A stretch of 64,000 nt of DNA from assembly GCA_035352895.1 (NCBI GenBank), contig DAOPYN010000017.1, forward strand, positions 1 to 64,000, in the 5' to 3' direction. How positions within the stretch are numbered: position 1 is the first letter of the stretch; every line of letters begins with the position of its first letter. Positions 9,257 through 19,348 of this stretch are shown piece by piece. Made by a program: the position numbers and the translations under genes. The DNA is from Fibrobacteria bacterium (lineage in GTDB: Bacteria > Fibrobacterota > Fibrobacteria > UBA5070). Under the pieces are notes generated by a model that was not told the origin of the DNA, ran no database searches, and saw nothing but the letters and a program-made list of their open reading frames with translations.

Positions 9257-10390
9257 TCAGGGCGCGGGGCTTCCCATGCGGCGAAGCCACCGGTAGTGGG
9301 ACGCGATCCCCTTCCACAGGCTCCCGTGGTCGTGGAACGCCACGCCGTGGCACCGGCAGACCTCCTCGACCAGCGGAGAGAGGGCCGGGTAGTGCACATG
9401 GCAGATGCGCGGGAACAGGTGGTGTTCTATCTGGTAGTTCAGGCCACCCAGCCACCAGGTGGCCAATGGGTTCCCGCGGCTGAAATCCACCGTGGTGCGC
9501 ACCTGGTGGCGCGCCCATCCGATGGCCATCCGACCCGTATCAGCATCCACCCGCGGAAATTCCGCATCCTCCACCGCATGGGCCAGCTGGAACACCACCG
9601 CCAAGGTCGTTCCCAGCACCACGCTGCCCAGCAGGTAGCAGGCCACCACCGCGGGAAGAGGATGGAATCGCGCGGGAACCACCAGCACCAGGGCGAAGAA
9701 CACCGCGCGTCCCGCCAGGAATTGGACCAGTTCCACCCCCTTGGGTCGCGGCATGCGCCGTTGGCCGAGCCTGCCCACCAGGACGTCGCGGAAATCGTCG
9801 AACCACTGCCACTTCAGGGCCAGGATCCCGTAGAGTGGCCAGATGTACAGGTGCTGGAACCGATGCAGGACGCGCCGGGGATGGTCGGGGCTCACCCTGC
9901 CGAAGGGCCCCAGGTCGATGTCCGTGTCGTGCCCGGCAAGGTTCACGTACATGTGGTGCAGCACGTCGTGCTTCCATCGCCACACGTACGAGCTCGCACC
10001 GATCAGATCCAGGGTGCCGGCGGCCAGGTGGTTGATCCACCGATGGCGCGAGTAGGCCTGGTGGCCACCGTCATGCTGGATGTTGAACCCGATCCCGGCC
10101 ACCACCAGCGCCAGGAAGACCACCAGGACCACAACGACCACCGCGGGGAGATCGGCCAGCAGGAGAGTCAGGTAGAGGCCCGCTGCCATTCCCAAGAACA
10201 CGGCCGACTTGAGCCACATGGAACCGTTGTCGCGCGGCGAAGTCCCGGAATCCTGGAAATAGGCATCCACGGTCTTGCGCAGGTCCAGCTCGAACGCGTC
10301 GGGTCGATCGAAGCGAGGCACCACGGAGCGGGCACCAGGAGCGATGGTGGGCATGGCCATCGGCTCGATGTTCGGGACGTCGCTGGTCAT
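9257..10390 (-). CDS. Membrane fatty-acid (acyl-lipid/acyl-CoA) desaturase
   Basis: Three histidine boxes HDGGH, HDVLHH, QIEHHLFP; multiple TM helices. Confidence 0.85.
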   Translation of the reverse strand: MTSDVPNIEPMAMPTIAPGARSVVPRFDRPDAFELDLRKTVDAYFQDSGTSPRDNGSMWLKSAVFLGMAAGLYLTLLLADLPAVVVVVLVVFLALVVAGIGFNIQHDGGHQAYSRHRWINHLAAGTLDLIGASSYVWRWKHDVLHHMYVNLAGHDTDIDLGPFGRVSPDHPRRVLHRFQHLYIWPLYGILALKWQWFDDFRDVLVGRLGQRRMPRPKGVELVQFLAGRAVFFALVLVVPARFHPLPAVVACYLLGSVVLGTTLAVVFQLAHAVEDAEFPRVDADTGRMAIGWARHQVRTTVDFSRGNPLATWWLGGLNYQIEHHLFPRICHVHYPALSPLVEEVCRCHGVAFHDHGSLWKGIASHYRWLRRMGSPAP

Positions 10391-10483
10391 CGTCGGCGTC
10401 TTCCTTTTTGAACGGAACCAAGAACAAAAACGGCCGGGAATCGCTCCCTGCGGAGGAATCCCGGCCGTTTCTTGTCATCGAGA

Positions 10484-10557
10484 ATGGGCTGTACTGGAAT
10501 CGAACCAGTGACCCCTACCATGTCAAGGTAGTACTCTAACCAGCTGAGCTAACAGCC
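10484..10557 (-). tRNA. tRNA-Val (anticodon GAC)
   Basis: The reverse complement folds as a cloverleaf: acceptor GGGCTGT/ACAGCCC, anticodon loop TTGACAT, T-arm GGTTCGATTCC; the discriminator A is encoded but CCA is not. Confidence 0.85.
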
Positions 10558-10718
10558 CGACGAGGGGAAAAAGATAACCCGGCTTCCCCAGATGGCAAGG
10601 GGCGGAGGATCGAAATAAACCACCCCGCAGCAAGCCCTTCGCCAAGCTCAGGACAGGCTTTCGGGGAATCCGGCCCGAAGTGGTTGACTGCGATCGCCTG
10701 AAGGTGTCGAGCGAGGCC

Positions 10719-11240
10719 TCAGGGAAGGATCTCCACCTTGGTCCCGATCTTGACCTTCCCCCAAAGGGAGTCCATGCCTCGGTCGGTCACAGCGATGCAG
10801 CCTGCGGTCCAATCGTAGGCGACATGTCCTCCATGGATGCAGATGGACCCGCCCATCCTGGTGGATTGCGGAGGAAGTCGGCCGGCCCTGTGGGCCTGCA
10901 GAATGGATAGGTATTCCCTCCGGTCGATCACTCCCGATTCCAATCCCCGTTTGGCATCGTCACTGGAGGGATAGTCGATCAGGAACGATTTGTAGAAAGG
11001 ACTGTTGGGATTGCGGGAAAGGATCGTGTACACCCCCTCCGGAGTCTTGTTGTCCCCCATCCGCAACTTGGAGCCCGAATCCCCCGCTCCGGCTCCCAAG
11101 GCCACGTAGTAGACACCCATCGTATCCTCGCCATTCATGACCCACAACCTCCGCTCGGCTTTGGTCACGCGCAGGTGGAAACCGGATAGATCGGGCAATG
11201 CGAGCAGACACGACATGACCACGAAAAGCATTGGGGGCAA
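10719..11240 (-). CDS. L,D-transpeptidase (YkuD domain)
   Basis: Catalytic motif ICIHGG...TAGCIAV (His/Cys of YkuD fold); N-terminal hydrophobic signal-like segment. Confidence 0.8.
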   Translation of the reverse strand: MPPMLFVVMSCLLALPDLSGFHLRVTKAERRLWVMNGEDTMGVYYVALGAGAGDSGSKLRMGDNKTPEGVYTILSRNPNSPFYKSFLIDYPSSDDAKRGLESGVIDRREYLSILQAHRAGRLPPQSTRMGGSICIHGGHVAYDWTAGCIAVTDRGMDSLWGKVKIGTKVEILP

Positions 11241-11388
11241 CCTCCGAACCAGGGAAAGGAGGTGCTCCCGAGGACATAGGGAAAGCGAAAGGGAAAGGGG
11301 GCAACCTCACCCACAATCTATCGCCGCGACCGCTCTTGGCAACGGAGATTTCCTGTCAGGATCTTGTCACATCGGATTCAGGGAATCG

Positions 11389-12312
11389 TCAGCTGCGGAT
11401 GCGCCACAGGAGCACCCAGACCACGCCCAGGATGATCCACAGCTTCACCTCGGCCGAACGCCTTCCCCAAGCCTTGGAGCCATGAGTATGCAGACTCCAG
11501 AAGGCGGTCCAGGCGAGCCCGGTGGTCAGGGCCAATCCCGCGATGTAGGCGCCCATCCAGTCGGGGGTGGAACTGAAGATCCGGTAGAGCACGTAGTAGA
11601 TGGTGAACGCCAACGGGAGCAAGGCCAGCTGGGCGGATCGGCGCTCCCCGAACAGGATGGGAAAGGTCCGCGCCCCCATGGCCCGATCTCCTTCCACATC
11701 CTGGATGTCCTTGAAGAGCTCCCGCACCAGCGTGAGGGAGAAGGCGCAGACCATGAGCACGGAAACCTGACGGTTCCAACCCGGACCGCAGAGCGATCCA
11801 TAGGCGACCGTGGCCGCGCAGACGGCGGCCACCGCGGCGTTGCCCACCAGGGGCTTGGACTTGAGGTCGCGATCGTAGATGAACAGGACCGTGGCCACCG
11901 TCACGGCGATGATCAAAGCGTCCACGTAGGCGTAGGCGGCGATCATCAAACCCAGGGCCAGGCACCACCCGGCAAGGCGCAGCGCGGTGGTCAAATCAAG
12001 CGCACCCGTGACCAGGACGCGATCGGGGCGATTCACCTTGTCGGCGGAAAGATCGCAGATGTCGTTGTAGATGTTACCAAAAGCCGCGATCAGGAAGGCC
12101 GAAACAGCCAAAAGCCAAGGCTTGTCCCGCGAAAGGGTGGATCCGGCCGCCCAGGAACCGGCAAGACTCGTCGCCGATGCGACGAGACAATTCCCGATCC
12201 GGATCAGACGAAATCCGGAATGAATTTTGCGGAATTCCACCAAGACCAAAAAGTTAGCCACTCCAGTCTCTCGGACCACTCCGAGATGAACCTTCCTGGT
12301 GGATTCAACCAC
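11389..12312 (-). CDS. UbiA-family polyprenyltransferase (integral membrane)
   Basis: Asp-rich motifs NDICDLSADK and DIQDVEGD; about 8 predicted TM helices. Confidence 0.8.
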   Translation of the reverse strand: MVESTRKVHLGVVRETGVANFLVLVEFRKIHSGFRLIRIGNCLVASATSLAGSWAAGSTLSRDKPWLLAVSAFLIAAFGNIYNDICDLSADKVNRPDRVLVTGALDLTTALRLAGWCLALGLMIAAYAYVDALIIAVTVATVLFIYDRDLKSKPLVGNAAVAAVCAATVAYGSLCGPGWNRQVSVLMVCAFSLTLVRELFKDIQDVEGDRAMGARTFPILFGERRSAQLALLPLAFTIYYVLYRIFSSTPDWMGAYIAGLALTTGLAWTAFWSLHTHGSKAWGRRSAEVKLWIILGVVWVLLWRIRS

Positions 12313-12623
12313 AAAACAGAATACTGCCAGAAAAAATTCACAAACCCACTAGCCAATCGTTTCGGCCGGTGATAACTTCTGTTCAGAGGAGGGACGTACA
12401 AGGGTTTACCCAGGCACGTCATCGGTCGAATAGGCTCTGGCAGCGGGGATAGAAAGCAATCGGGGAATGCAACCGCCATCCTGTTCGACCCTCCTCGACC
12501 TCGGACTCCTGGGAAGGGGCTCAAGGTCGAGGATCCTCGGAACGCAGAACCAGGCCAAGGCCTGGTTTTTTGTTTTGGTCCCAGACCGACCACGCCGGGG
12601 ATCCAGGCTGGTATCTTGTGCCC

Positions 12624-12980
12624 ATGCTTGGAACGATCGAACTCGACTCGCTGGCCATCCCCTGCATCGTGGGCATCCTCCCCTTCGAACGCGTCGAGGA
12701 GCAGCCCGTCTTCGTCGACCTGGAATTGGATCTGGACTTCGGCCCGGCGGCCGGATCGGAATCCATCGAGGACACGGTAGACTACGCCGCCTTGGCCGAA
12801 TCCATCCACGAACTGGTCAAGGAAGCCAAGTTCCAACTCATCGAGACCATGGCCGAGGAGATCGCCAAGTTCGTGCTGGCCCGGCACTCCATGGTGGAAA
12901 CCGTCCGCGTGCGCATCCACAAGCCCCGGGCGGTGCCCCAGGCGAAGGACACGCGGGTCCGGGTCGAAAGGTCCCGTTGA
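12624..12980 (+). CDS. folB: Dihydroneopterin aldolase
   Basis: About 118 aa; FolB pattern MLGTIELDSLAIPCIVGILPFER...VFVDLELD; the ORF has alternative upstream starts from 12570. Confidence 0.8.
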   Translation: MLGTIELDSLAIPCIVGILPFERVEEQPVFVDLELDLDFGPAAGSESIEDTVDYAALAESIHELVKEAKFQLIETMAEEIAKFVLARHSMVETVRVRIHKPRAVPQAKDTRVRVERSR

Positions 12981-13711
12981 CTTCCGCGACCAAGACCGCC
13001 CTGGTCACCGGTTCCAGCGTCCGCACCGGACGGGCCATCGCCCGGAGGCTCGCCCGCGACGGATACCACGTGGTGGTCCACGGCAGGGAGAACGCCCTGG
13101 ACCAGGCCGACGAGACCGTCCGGCTCTGCCGGGAGGCGGGATCCACGGCCGAGATCGCCCTGGCCGAGATCGCCAGCGAGGATGGATGCCGGAAATTGTC
13201 AGAACAGGTGGATGGTCCGCTGCATCTCCTGGTGCACAACGTGGGGATCTACCGCACCGGCCCCCTGATGGAGATGCCGGTATCCGACTGGACGGAGACC
13301 CTCCGCACCAATCTGGACGCGCCGTTTTTCCTGACGCGGCTTCTCGTGGACCGCATGCCTCCGGGCAGCTCGATCGTGGCCCTGGGCTACGTGGGGTCGG
13401 GCAAGGCGGCCGGATCCACCCGCACGGGCGCGTACTCGGTGTCCAAGACGGGGCTCCTGGTCCTGGTGAGGTCGCTGGCCATGGAACTGGGACCTCGCGG
13501 CATCCGCGTGAACATGGTCTCGCCGGGGCAGCTGGAGAACTCCGTTGACCTTCCCGAGGACATCGCGCGTCGCGTTCCCCTGGGAAGACCGGGCCGGGCG
13601 CTGGACGTCGCCGAGGCGGTGGCCTGGCTCGCCTCCGAACAGGCGGGCTACATCACCGGCCAGGAACTGGAAGTGGCCGGAGGACTCATGCTAGGTTTGA
13701 AGGGACAATGA
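12977..13711 (+). CDS. Short-chain dehydrogenase/reductase, FolM/pteridine-reductase-like, translationally coupled to folB
   Basis: TTG start overlaps the folB stop (TTGA); Rossmann TALVTGSSVRTGRAIA; catalytic Y-x3-K (YSVSK); the context next to folB suggests a pterin reductase. Confidence 0.7.
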   Translation: MTSATKTALVTGSSVRTGRAIARRLARDGYHVVVHGRENALDQADETVRLCREAGSTAEIALAEIASEDGCRKLSEQVDGPLHLLVHNVGIYRTGPLMEMPVSDWTETLRTNLDAPFFLTRLLVDRMPPGSSIVALGYVGSGKAAGSTRTGAYSVSKTGLLVLVRSLAMELGPRGIRVNMVSPGQLENSVDLPEDIARRVPLGRPGRALDVAEAVAWLASEQAGYITGQELEVAGGLMLGLKGQ

Positions 13712-14844
13712 TCCACCTCCTCCCCATCGCACTGGCTCTTTCCGCCGCTCCCACCCTCCAGACGCTGCGTTGCGACGGCGTCTGCACGCCCACCCCCTCC
13801 GGAATGGACATCGTGGTTCCACTGGGGGACACCGTCCAGTTCTCGTGGCAGGGTCTGCGCGCGCACCGCGGCCCCAAGGAGGGAGTGCGGCTGGACGGAC
13901 AAATCCTGACTCTGTCCCCCGTCGCCGTCGGGAAGACCAACCACCGCCTGGCCACGTCGTCGGGTCGCGATCCTTGGGAATTGACCGTGGAAGGGGTCCC
14001 GCTTCGGCGCCTGGACCTGGAAATCCGGGCGGTGGGAACCGACCCCCGGGTCCTGCGCTGGAAGGCCCGGGTGGTGGAGACGGAGATCAACCGCCTGCTG
14101 GGGCGCTCGGGCCTGTCGCTGTCGTTCACCCAAGGATCGCCCATCTACCTGGACCGCAAGGAGTGGGACCTGAACCGCAACGAGAGGCTGGACCTCTGGC
14201 GCAACGGGACGGTCGAGAGCCCGGCCCCCGAACAGGTGAAGCTGGTGGGACAACTGCTGCGGCGCGGTCTGGAATTTCCCAAGGTGGTGCTCCTGCAGGA
14301 GAAATCACGGGTGGGCTGGAGCCCCAAGGAAGAGGTCCGCGCCGGCGACACCCTCCTGAGGCTCGCCGACAACGACCCGCTGGTGTGGAGGGATCGCCAG
14401 GGAACCCCCATGCGCTACGTGCTGGAAAGCCCCCGCCGGGATCGTTCGGACACCTTCCTGGTGACCGGCTATCTGCCCGGTGGCGCGCTTCGCATCGCCA
14501 CCTCCTCCGGCGGCTGGAAGTGGGACCACCCGATCACCGACCTGGTCCTGCGTCCGGATCTGGACGCCCCCGCCTTCGGATTCGTGGACTTGACCCAGGA
14601 AAAGGCCCCTCCCGTCCTTCTGATCCCCGCCACGGACACCAGTTCGATGCGCCATGCCCGGATCCTCGCGCACGAAGTCGGGCACCTGTTCGGATTGCGC
14701 GACACCTCGGCGGGCAACAATCTCATGTCCGCGTTGCTGCGCATGGAAATCGCCGATCCCGTCCTGGAGGCCGAACAGGTCAGGGATCTGGCGCGACGGA
14801 TGACCGAGATGGGGATTCCGACGTTGGACAGAGCGCGGCGGTGA
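13708..14844 (+). CDS. Secreted zinc-metalloprotease-like protein (HExxH)
   Basis: Signal peptide MIHLLPIALALSAAPTL; HEVGHLFGL zincin motif near the C-terminus; ATGA overlap with the upstream SDR stop. Confidence 0.5.
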   Translation: MIHLLPIALALSAAPTLQTLRCDGVCTPTPSGMDIVVPLGDTVQFSWQGLRAHRGPKEGVRLDGQILTLSPVAVGKTNHRLATSSGRDPWELTVEGVPLRRLDLEIRAVGTDPRVLRWKARVVETEINRLLGRSGLSLSFTQGSPIYLDRKEWDLNRNERLDLWRNGTVESPAPEQVKLVGQLLRRGLEFPKVVLLQEKSRVGWSPKEEVRAGDTLLRLADNDPLVWRDRQGTPMRYVLESPRRDRSDTFLVTGYLPGGALRIATSSGGWKWDHPITDLVLRPDLDAPAFGFVDLTQEKAPPVLLIPATDTSSMRHARILAHEVGHLFGLRDTSAGNNLMSALLRMEIADPVLEAEQVRDLARRMTEMGIPTLDRARR

Positions 14845-15229
14845 CGTCGGGGGCGGCCATGGGCCGTCCCGAAGGGCCCACCATGGCGCCGACCATCCTG
14901 GCCTCCAGGTGGACGATTCCCGTCCAACCCACGACCCTCTGGTGGAACACCATCCGAAGGCGCCCTTCCATGGCCACGCGGGTCTCCACCCGAAACCGGT
15001 CCTGGGGCCGCAGCGACCTGCGGTAGTCCAGTTCCGCCCGCACCAGCACCAACTGGCGGCCCTCCCTGGACAGGGCCACGAAATCGACGCCGTGGTCCAG
15101 GAGGAACCGGTGGCGGGCGTGCTCCAGGTAATTCTGGTACACCGCGTTGTTGACCACTCCCTGGAGATCGCATTCGTGGTCGCGCACCTCGAATTCCACG
15201 CAGTGGACGGTTTTTGTCTGCTCAGGCAC
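14780..15229 (-). CDS. Acyl-CoA thioesterase, 4HBT/YbgC family
   Basis: Hotdog-fold pattern HCVEFEVRDHECDLQGVVNNAVYQNYLEHARHRFL; GTG start 4 nt after the suhB-like stop. Its 3' end overlaps the convergent metalloprotease gene by about 65 nt. Confidence 0.65.
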   Translation of the reverse strand: MPEQTKTVHCVEFEVRDHECDLQGVVNNAVYQNYLEHARHRFLLDHGVDFVALSREGRQLVLVRAELDYRRSLRPQDRFRVETRVAMEGRLRMVFHQRVVGWTGIVHLEARMVGAMVGPSGRPMAAPDVTAALCPTSESPSRSSVAPDP

Positions 15230-16001
15230 GCTGTCCCTCCTGGATGCGGTCCAGGAGCTGGCCATGGATGCGGCCGTTGGTGGCCACCGTCTGCAACCCG
15301 AAGATGTCGTGGGGGTTTCCCAGGTAGTCGGACACCTTGCCACCGGCCTCCTCCACCAGGAGCACTCCCGCGGCGCAATCCCAAGGCTGCAGGAAGGACT
15401 CCCAATAGCCGTCCAGACGCCCGCAGGCGACGTAGGCCAGGTCGATGCCGGCCGTTCCCATCCTCCGGATGCCGCGGGCGTGCGGGACCACGGCGGCGAA
15501 GGTCTCCAGCGTGCGATTGGGGTTTTCGCGGATGCTGTAGGGAAAACCCGTGGCCAACAGCGAGCGCTCCAGTTCCGTGGCCTCGGTCACGCGGATGGGC
15601 CGTCCGTTCAGGAACGCTCCCCCACCCCGCTGGGCCCAGAACATCTCGTCGCGGATGGGCTCGTACACGACTCCGGCCACGGTGGTGTCGCGATGGCGAA
15701 GTCCGATGCACACGGCGAAGAAGGGGATCCCGTAGGCGAAGCTCACCGTGCCGTCCAGCGGATCGAAGATCCAGGTCCATTCCGCGTCGGGCCGGGCCTG
15801 GTTCTCCTCCTCCTCCCCGATCTGGGCGTGGTCGGGGAACCTCTCCTGGATCCACTCCCGCAGGAAGCGTTCGGAGGCCTTGTCGTATTCGGTGACCAGG
15901 TCCGTGGCGCGTCCCTTCTCGGAAAGCTCGCGGACCTGCCCGAAACCCTCCCGGAGGATCCTGCCGCTTTCCCGGGCGGCCTCCTTCAAGTGTTCGATCA
16001 T
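15222..16001 (-). CDS. suhB: Inositol monophosphatase family protein
   Basis: Metal-binding motifs WIFDPLDGT and GRLDGYWE (IMPase signatures). Confidence 0.85.
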   Translation of the reverse strand: MIEHLKEAARESGRILREGFGQVRELSEKGRATDLVTEYDKASERFLREWIQERFPDHAQIGEEEENQARPDAEWTWIFDPLDGTVSFAYGIPFFAVCIGLRHRDTTVAGVVYEPIRDEMFWAQRGGGAFLNGRPIRVTEATELERSLLATGFPYSIRENPNRTLETFAAVVPHARGIRRMGTAGIDLAYVACGRLDGYWESFLQPWDCAAGVLLVEEAGGKVSDYLGNPHDIFGLQTVATNGRIHGQLLDRIQEGQRA

Positions 16002-16054
16002 GATGTAGGGCAATGGTAGAAAGGCGCCGCGCGGGAAGGTACCTTGTCGCCTCG

Positions 16055-17209
16055 ATGCCGTATCCGACCATCCACACCGATTTCTCCCGCGTTCCTTCCC
16101 CCTGCTACGTGCTGGACCAGGCGCGGCTGCGCGCGAACCTGGAACTGCTCCAGCGGGTGCAGCGGGAATCCGGCGCCAAGGTCATCTGCGCCCTCAAGGG
16201 ATATTCCTTCTGGAGGTCGTTTCCACTGGTGCGCCAATACCTGGCCGGAGCGACGGCGAGCTCCCTGAACGAGGCCATCCTGGCCAGTTCCGAGATGGGC
16301 GGCGAGCTCCACGTGTACGCCCCCGGATACGCCGACGACGAGATCGACCGGATCCTGGACATGGCCGGGCACATCACCTTCAACAGCTTCTCCCAGTGGG
16401 CGAAGTTCCGCGACCGCACCTTGTCACACCCCCGCAGGCCATCTCCCGGCATCCGCGTGAACCCACAGTACAGCCAGGTGGAAACCGACCTTTACAACCC
16501 CTGCGCGCCCTTCTCGCGCCTGGGAGTGGTGGCTGACGAATTCCGTCCGGACCAGCTGGAAGGGATCGAGGGCCTGCATGTGCATGCGCTGTGCGAGCAG
16601 AACGCCGACGCCTTCGAGGGCTTGCTGGGCGCCTTCGAGGAGAGGTTCGGGAAATTCCTGCCGGCGATGAAATGGGTGAACTTCGGAGGCGGCCACCACA
16701 TCACGCGCGAAGACTACGAGGTGGACCGCCTGGTGAGGCTCCTGGTGGATTTCCGCCGCCGCCATCCCCACCTGGAAGTGGTGCTGGAACCCGGCGAGGC
16801 GGTGGGCTGGCGCACGGGCGAGCTGGTGGCTTCCGTCCTGGACGTGGTGCGCAACGGAATGGACCTCGCGATCCTGGATGTTTCCGTGAGCGCACACATG
16901 CCCGACTGCCTGGAGATGCCCTATCGCCCCGCCATCCTGGACGCGGGCGAGCCCGGCGAAAAGCCGCATCTGTACAGGCTGGGCGGCGGCACCTGCCTGG
17001 CCGGCGACGTGCTGGGCGACTATTCGTTCGATCGGCCGCTGGTGCCCGGCGACCGGATCGTGCTCCTGGACATGATCCACTACACCATGGTCAAGACCAC
17101 CTTCTTCAACGGCGTCCGCCATCCGTCCATCGCCACTTGGACGGAAAACGGCACCTTGGAGGTGCACCGGACCTTCGGATACGAGGCCTTCAAGGATAAG
17201 CTGGGCTGA
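16055..17209 (+). CDS. nspC: Carboxynorspermidine/carboxyspermidine decarboxylase
   Basis: PLP fold-III decarboxylase pattern (YVLD..L..N...L, CALKAYSF-like, HVHALCEQ, GGGHHIT); about 385 aa. Confidence 0.75.
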   Translation: MPYPTIHTDFSRVPSPCYVLDQARLRANLELLQRVQRESGAKVICALKGYSFWRSFPLVRQYLAGATASSLNEAILASSEMGGELHVYAPGYADDEIDRILDMAGHITFNSFSQWAKFRDRTLSHPRRPSPGIRVNPQYSQVETDLYNPCAPFSRLGVVADEFRPDQLEGIEGLHVHALCEQNADAFEGLLGAFEERFGKFLPAMKWVNFGGGHHITREDYEVDRLVRLLVDFRRRHPHLEVVLEPGEAVGWRTGELVASVLDVVRNGMDLAILDVSVSAHMPDCLEMPYRPAILDAGEPGEKPHLYRLGGGTCLAGDVLGDYSFDRPLVPGDRIVLLDMIHYTMVKTTFFNGVRHPSIATWTENGTLEVHRTFGYEAFKDKLG

Positions 17210-17376
17210 CCCTCAGCAGTTGGCGCTTGAGGCACCCAGCCGAGGCCCCGCCACCGCCCTTCGATACGGCGCCGTTGACGCCACTCAGGGAACGGCTGAT
17301 CCTATCGAAGGGCGGCTGATCACTCAGGGAACGATGGCGGCCATCCATTCCCATCCCTTCCGCGAATGCGTGCGGA

Positions 17377-19082
17377 TCAGCGAGACAGGGTGGCCATGGG
17401 CACCACCGATTCCCACCCCTCGGCGCGCATGCGCAGGAACCGCATGCCGGTGGAGGCGGAAGGCAGACCGAAGATCTGCTCCTGCCCGACCACCTCGATG
17501 GTTCCCAGGGAGCGGACTTCCTTCCCGTCCAGGGAGATCAGGCTGAATTCCACCGGCCCGCGCCGGTCCAGGGTGACGCGCAGCTGGTCGCCGGAGAGTT
17601 CCACGCGGGATCCGCGGACTGGGCGCCCCACGATGCCGTTGATCTTGGTGAACATCGCCGACACCTGCTTGTCGCCGTTCATCACCAGGGTGAGGGTGTC
17701 CTTGTTGCCGGACACCGAACCCGTCCAATTGGTGAACTGGTAGTCGGTCTGCAGGGTCGCCTTCAGTTTCACGACGGTGCCGGAATCGAAGGAGGTCCCC
17801 GAAGGCGTGGCCGTGATGGTTCCCCCGGTGGGATTGTTGATCTGCAGGTTGTACTTCTTGATCTGGCTGAAGTTCGCGGTGATGTTCAGGTTCGCGTTCA
17901 CCACCACGGTGAGGGTGTCCTTGTTGCCGGAAGCTCCACCGCTCCATCCGGTGAACACGAAGCCGTTCTGCGCCGTGGCCTTCAGCTTCACGGCCGTGCC
18001 GGAGGCGAAGCTGGTTCCCGTGGGGTTGACGGAGACGCTGCCGCCGTTGGCCGCGGTGACGTTCAGGGTGTAGTTGGTGGGTTGGGGATCGGAACTGCAG
18101 TTCGCGACGCGGGCCTCGGAATGGATGGAGCTGATGGTGTTGGTCCAGGACGATCCCGGGAAAGCCTCCATGAGGCCGATCACACCGTCGGCCATGCGCG
18201 ACTTGATGGTGCTCACGTTGCCCCAGTTGGAGTTGGGGCTGGTCAGGGTGCCACCGGTGCCGTAGCCGTCGTCGGCGATGATGGGCAGCTTGGTCAGCTG
18301 GTGGACCTTGGCCCAGGTCATGGGGTTGCCGTTGGCCACGTTGTTCCCGGGCTGGGACACGCCTCCGGAAGTGTTCATGTACTTGAACTTGGACAACGGA
18401 AGGCTGGTGAACCAGTTGTCGGGAGCCCAAGGCGAAATGTCCATGGAGATTTCGGCCGAGGGCATGGCGGCCGTGATCGTGTTGGCGATCTCGGTGATGA
18501 AGCTCGCCGCGTCGGCGAAGGAAAGCGGGCTGGAGTTGCCGTTCTGGTTGGAAGCGTACTGGTAGAAGTCGGGTTCCAGGGCCCAGATCATGGGCTTGTT
18601 GCCGTACTTGGAATTGGCGTACTGGGCATAGGCCTTGTACTGGTCCAGGATCTTGGCCTTGTTCTCGCGGATGTACTTGGTGCCATCCGTGCAGAGGGTC
18701 TTGTTGGAACCCATGTTGCAGTCGGACAGGTTCATGGCGAGCTTGGCTCCCTCGGCGATGATGTACGTGTACCACACCGGCCGGGCGTTCAGGGTCTTGG
18801 CCATGTTCAGGAAGGTGCCTTCCGGGGTGTCCAGAGGCTTGGGCGCCACCTTTCCCCCTTCGTAGGCGTAGCCCACGAACATCGCCACGAAATCCAGGTC
18901 CTTGGGAATGTCCAGGTCGTTGGGGTTGGTGGTGCAACCCATGTAGCCGCACTTCTTGGTGGAGGCCTGCTTCAAGTCCACACCCACGTTGAAGCCGCAG
19001 GAGGTAAACTCCGCAGCCTGGGCCAGATTCACGGAAACCAGGGTGGCCATGGCGGCCGTGGAAAGTGCGCTCCACTTCATCG
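17377..19082 (-). CDS. Secreted carbohydrate-active-enzyme-like protein: unassigned N-terminal catalytic-like domain, two divergent InlB B-repeat domains and an Arg-rich C-terminal domain
   Basis: Signal peptide MKWSALSTAAMATLVSVNLAQAA; two ~80 aa repeats (YTLNVTAANGGSVSVNPTGTSFASGTAVKL..FTGWSGG / YNLQINNPTGGTITATPSGTSFDSGTVVKL..FTNWTGS) typical of InlB B-repeats; C-terminal basic domain. Confidence 0.6.
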
Positions 19083-19348
19083 AATCGGTTCTCCCTTTGA
19101 AACAAACCGGGAATGCCAGGTCAGGTCGGAATGTAGGCGGGTGGCATTGCCATCGCTCCTCGTTTCCCGGCAAAGGGTCCTCTTTTCGGGAGTGCCCTTT
19201 TCTGGAGAGTCCAAACTCCCCCGGAGGTGGCTTCCCGCCGCACTCCATCCTTGGCTCCCCGAAAAACCGATGCATGGCACTTGCGTTTCCGAAGCGCAAA
19301 AACGATATTATTGAATACTGATTCAGTTATCATGTGGGAGGCACTTCG

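Noticed and set aside
14780-14844. 65-nt convergent overlap between the metalloprotease-like gene and the thioesterase gene, as a possible antisense regulatory arrangement
   Set aside because: More likely the poorly conserved C-terminal tail of the thioesterase ORF is over-extended and the true stop is effectively earlier, or the 13708-14844 ORF end is over-called. There is no independent evidence either way.
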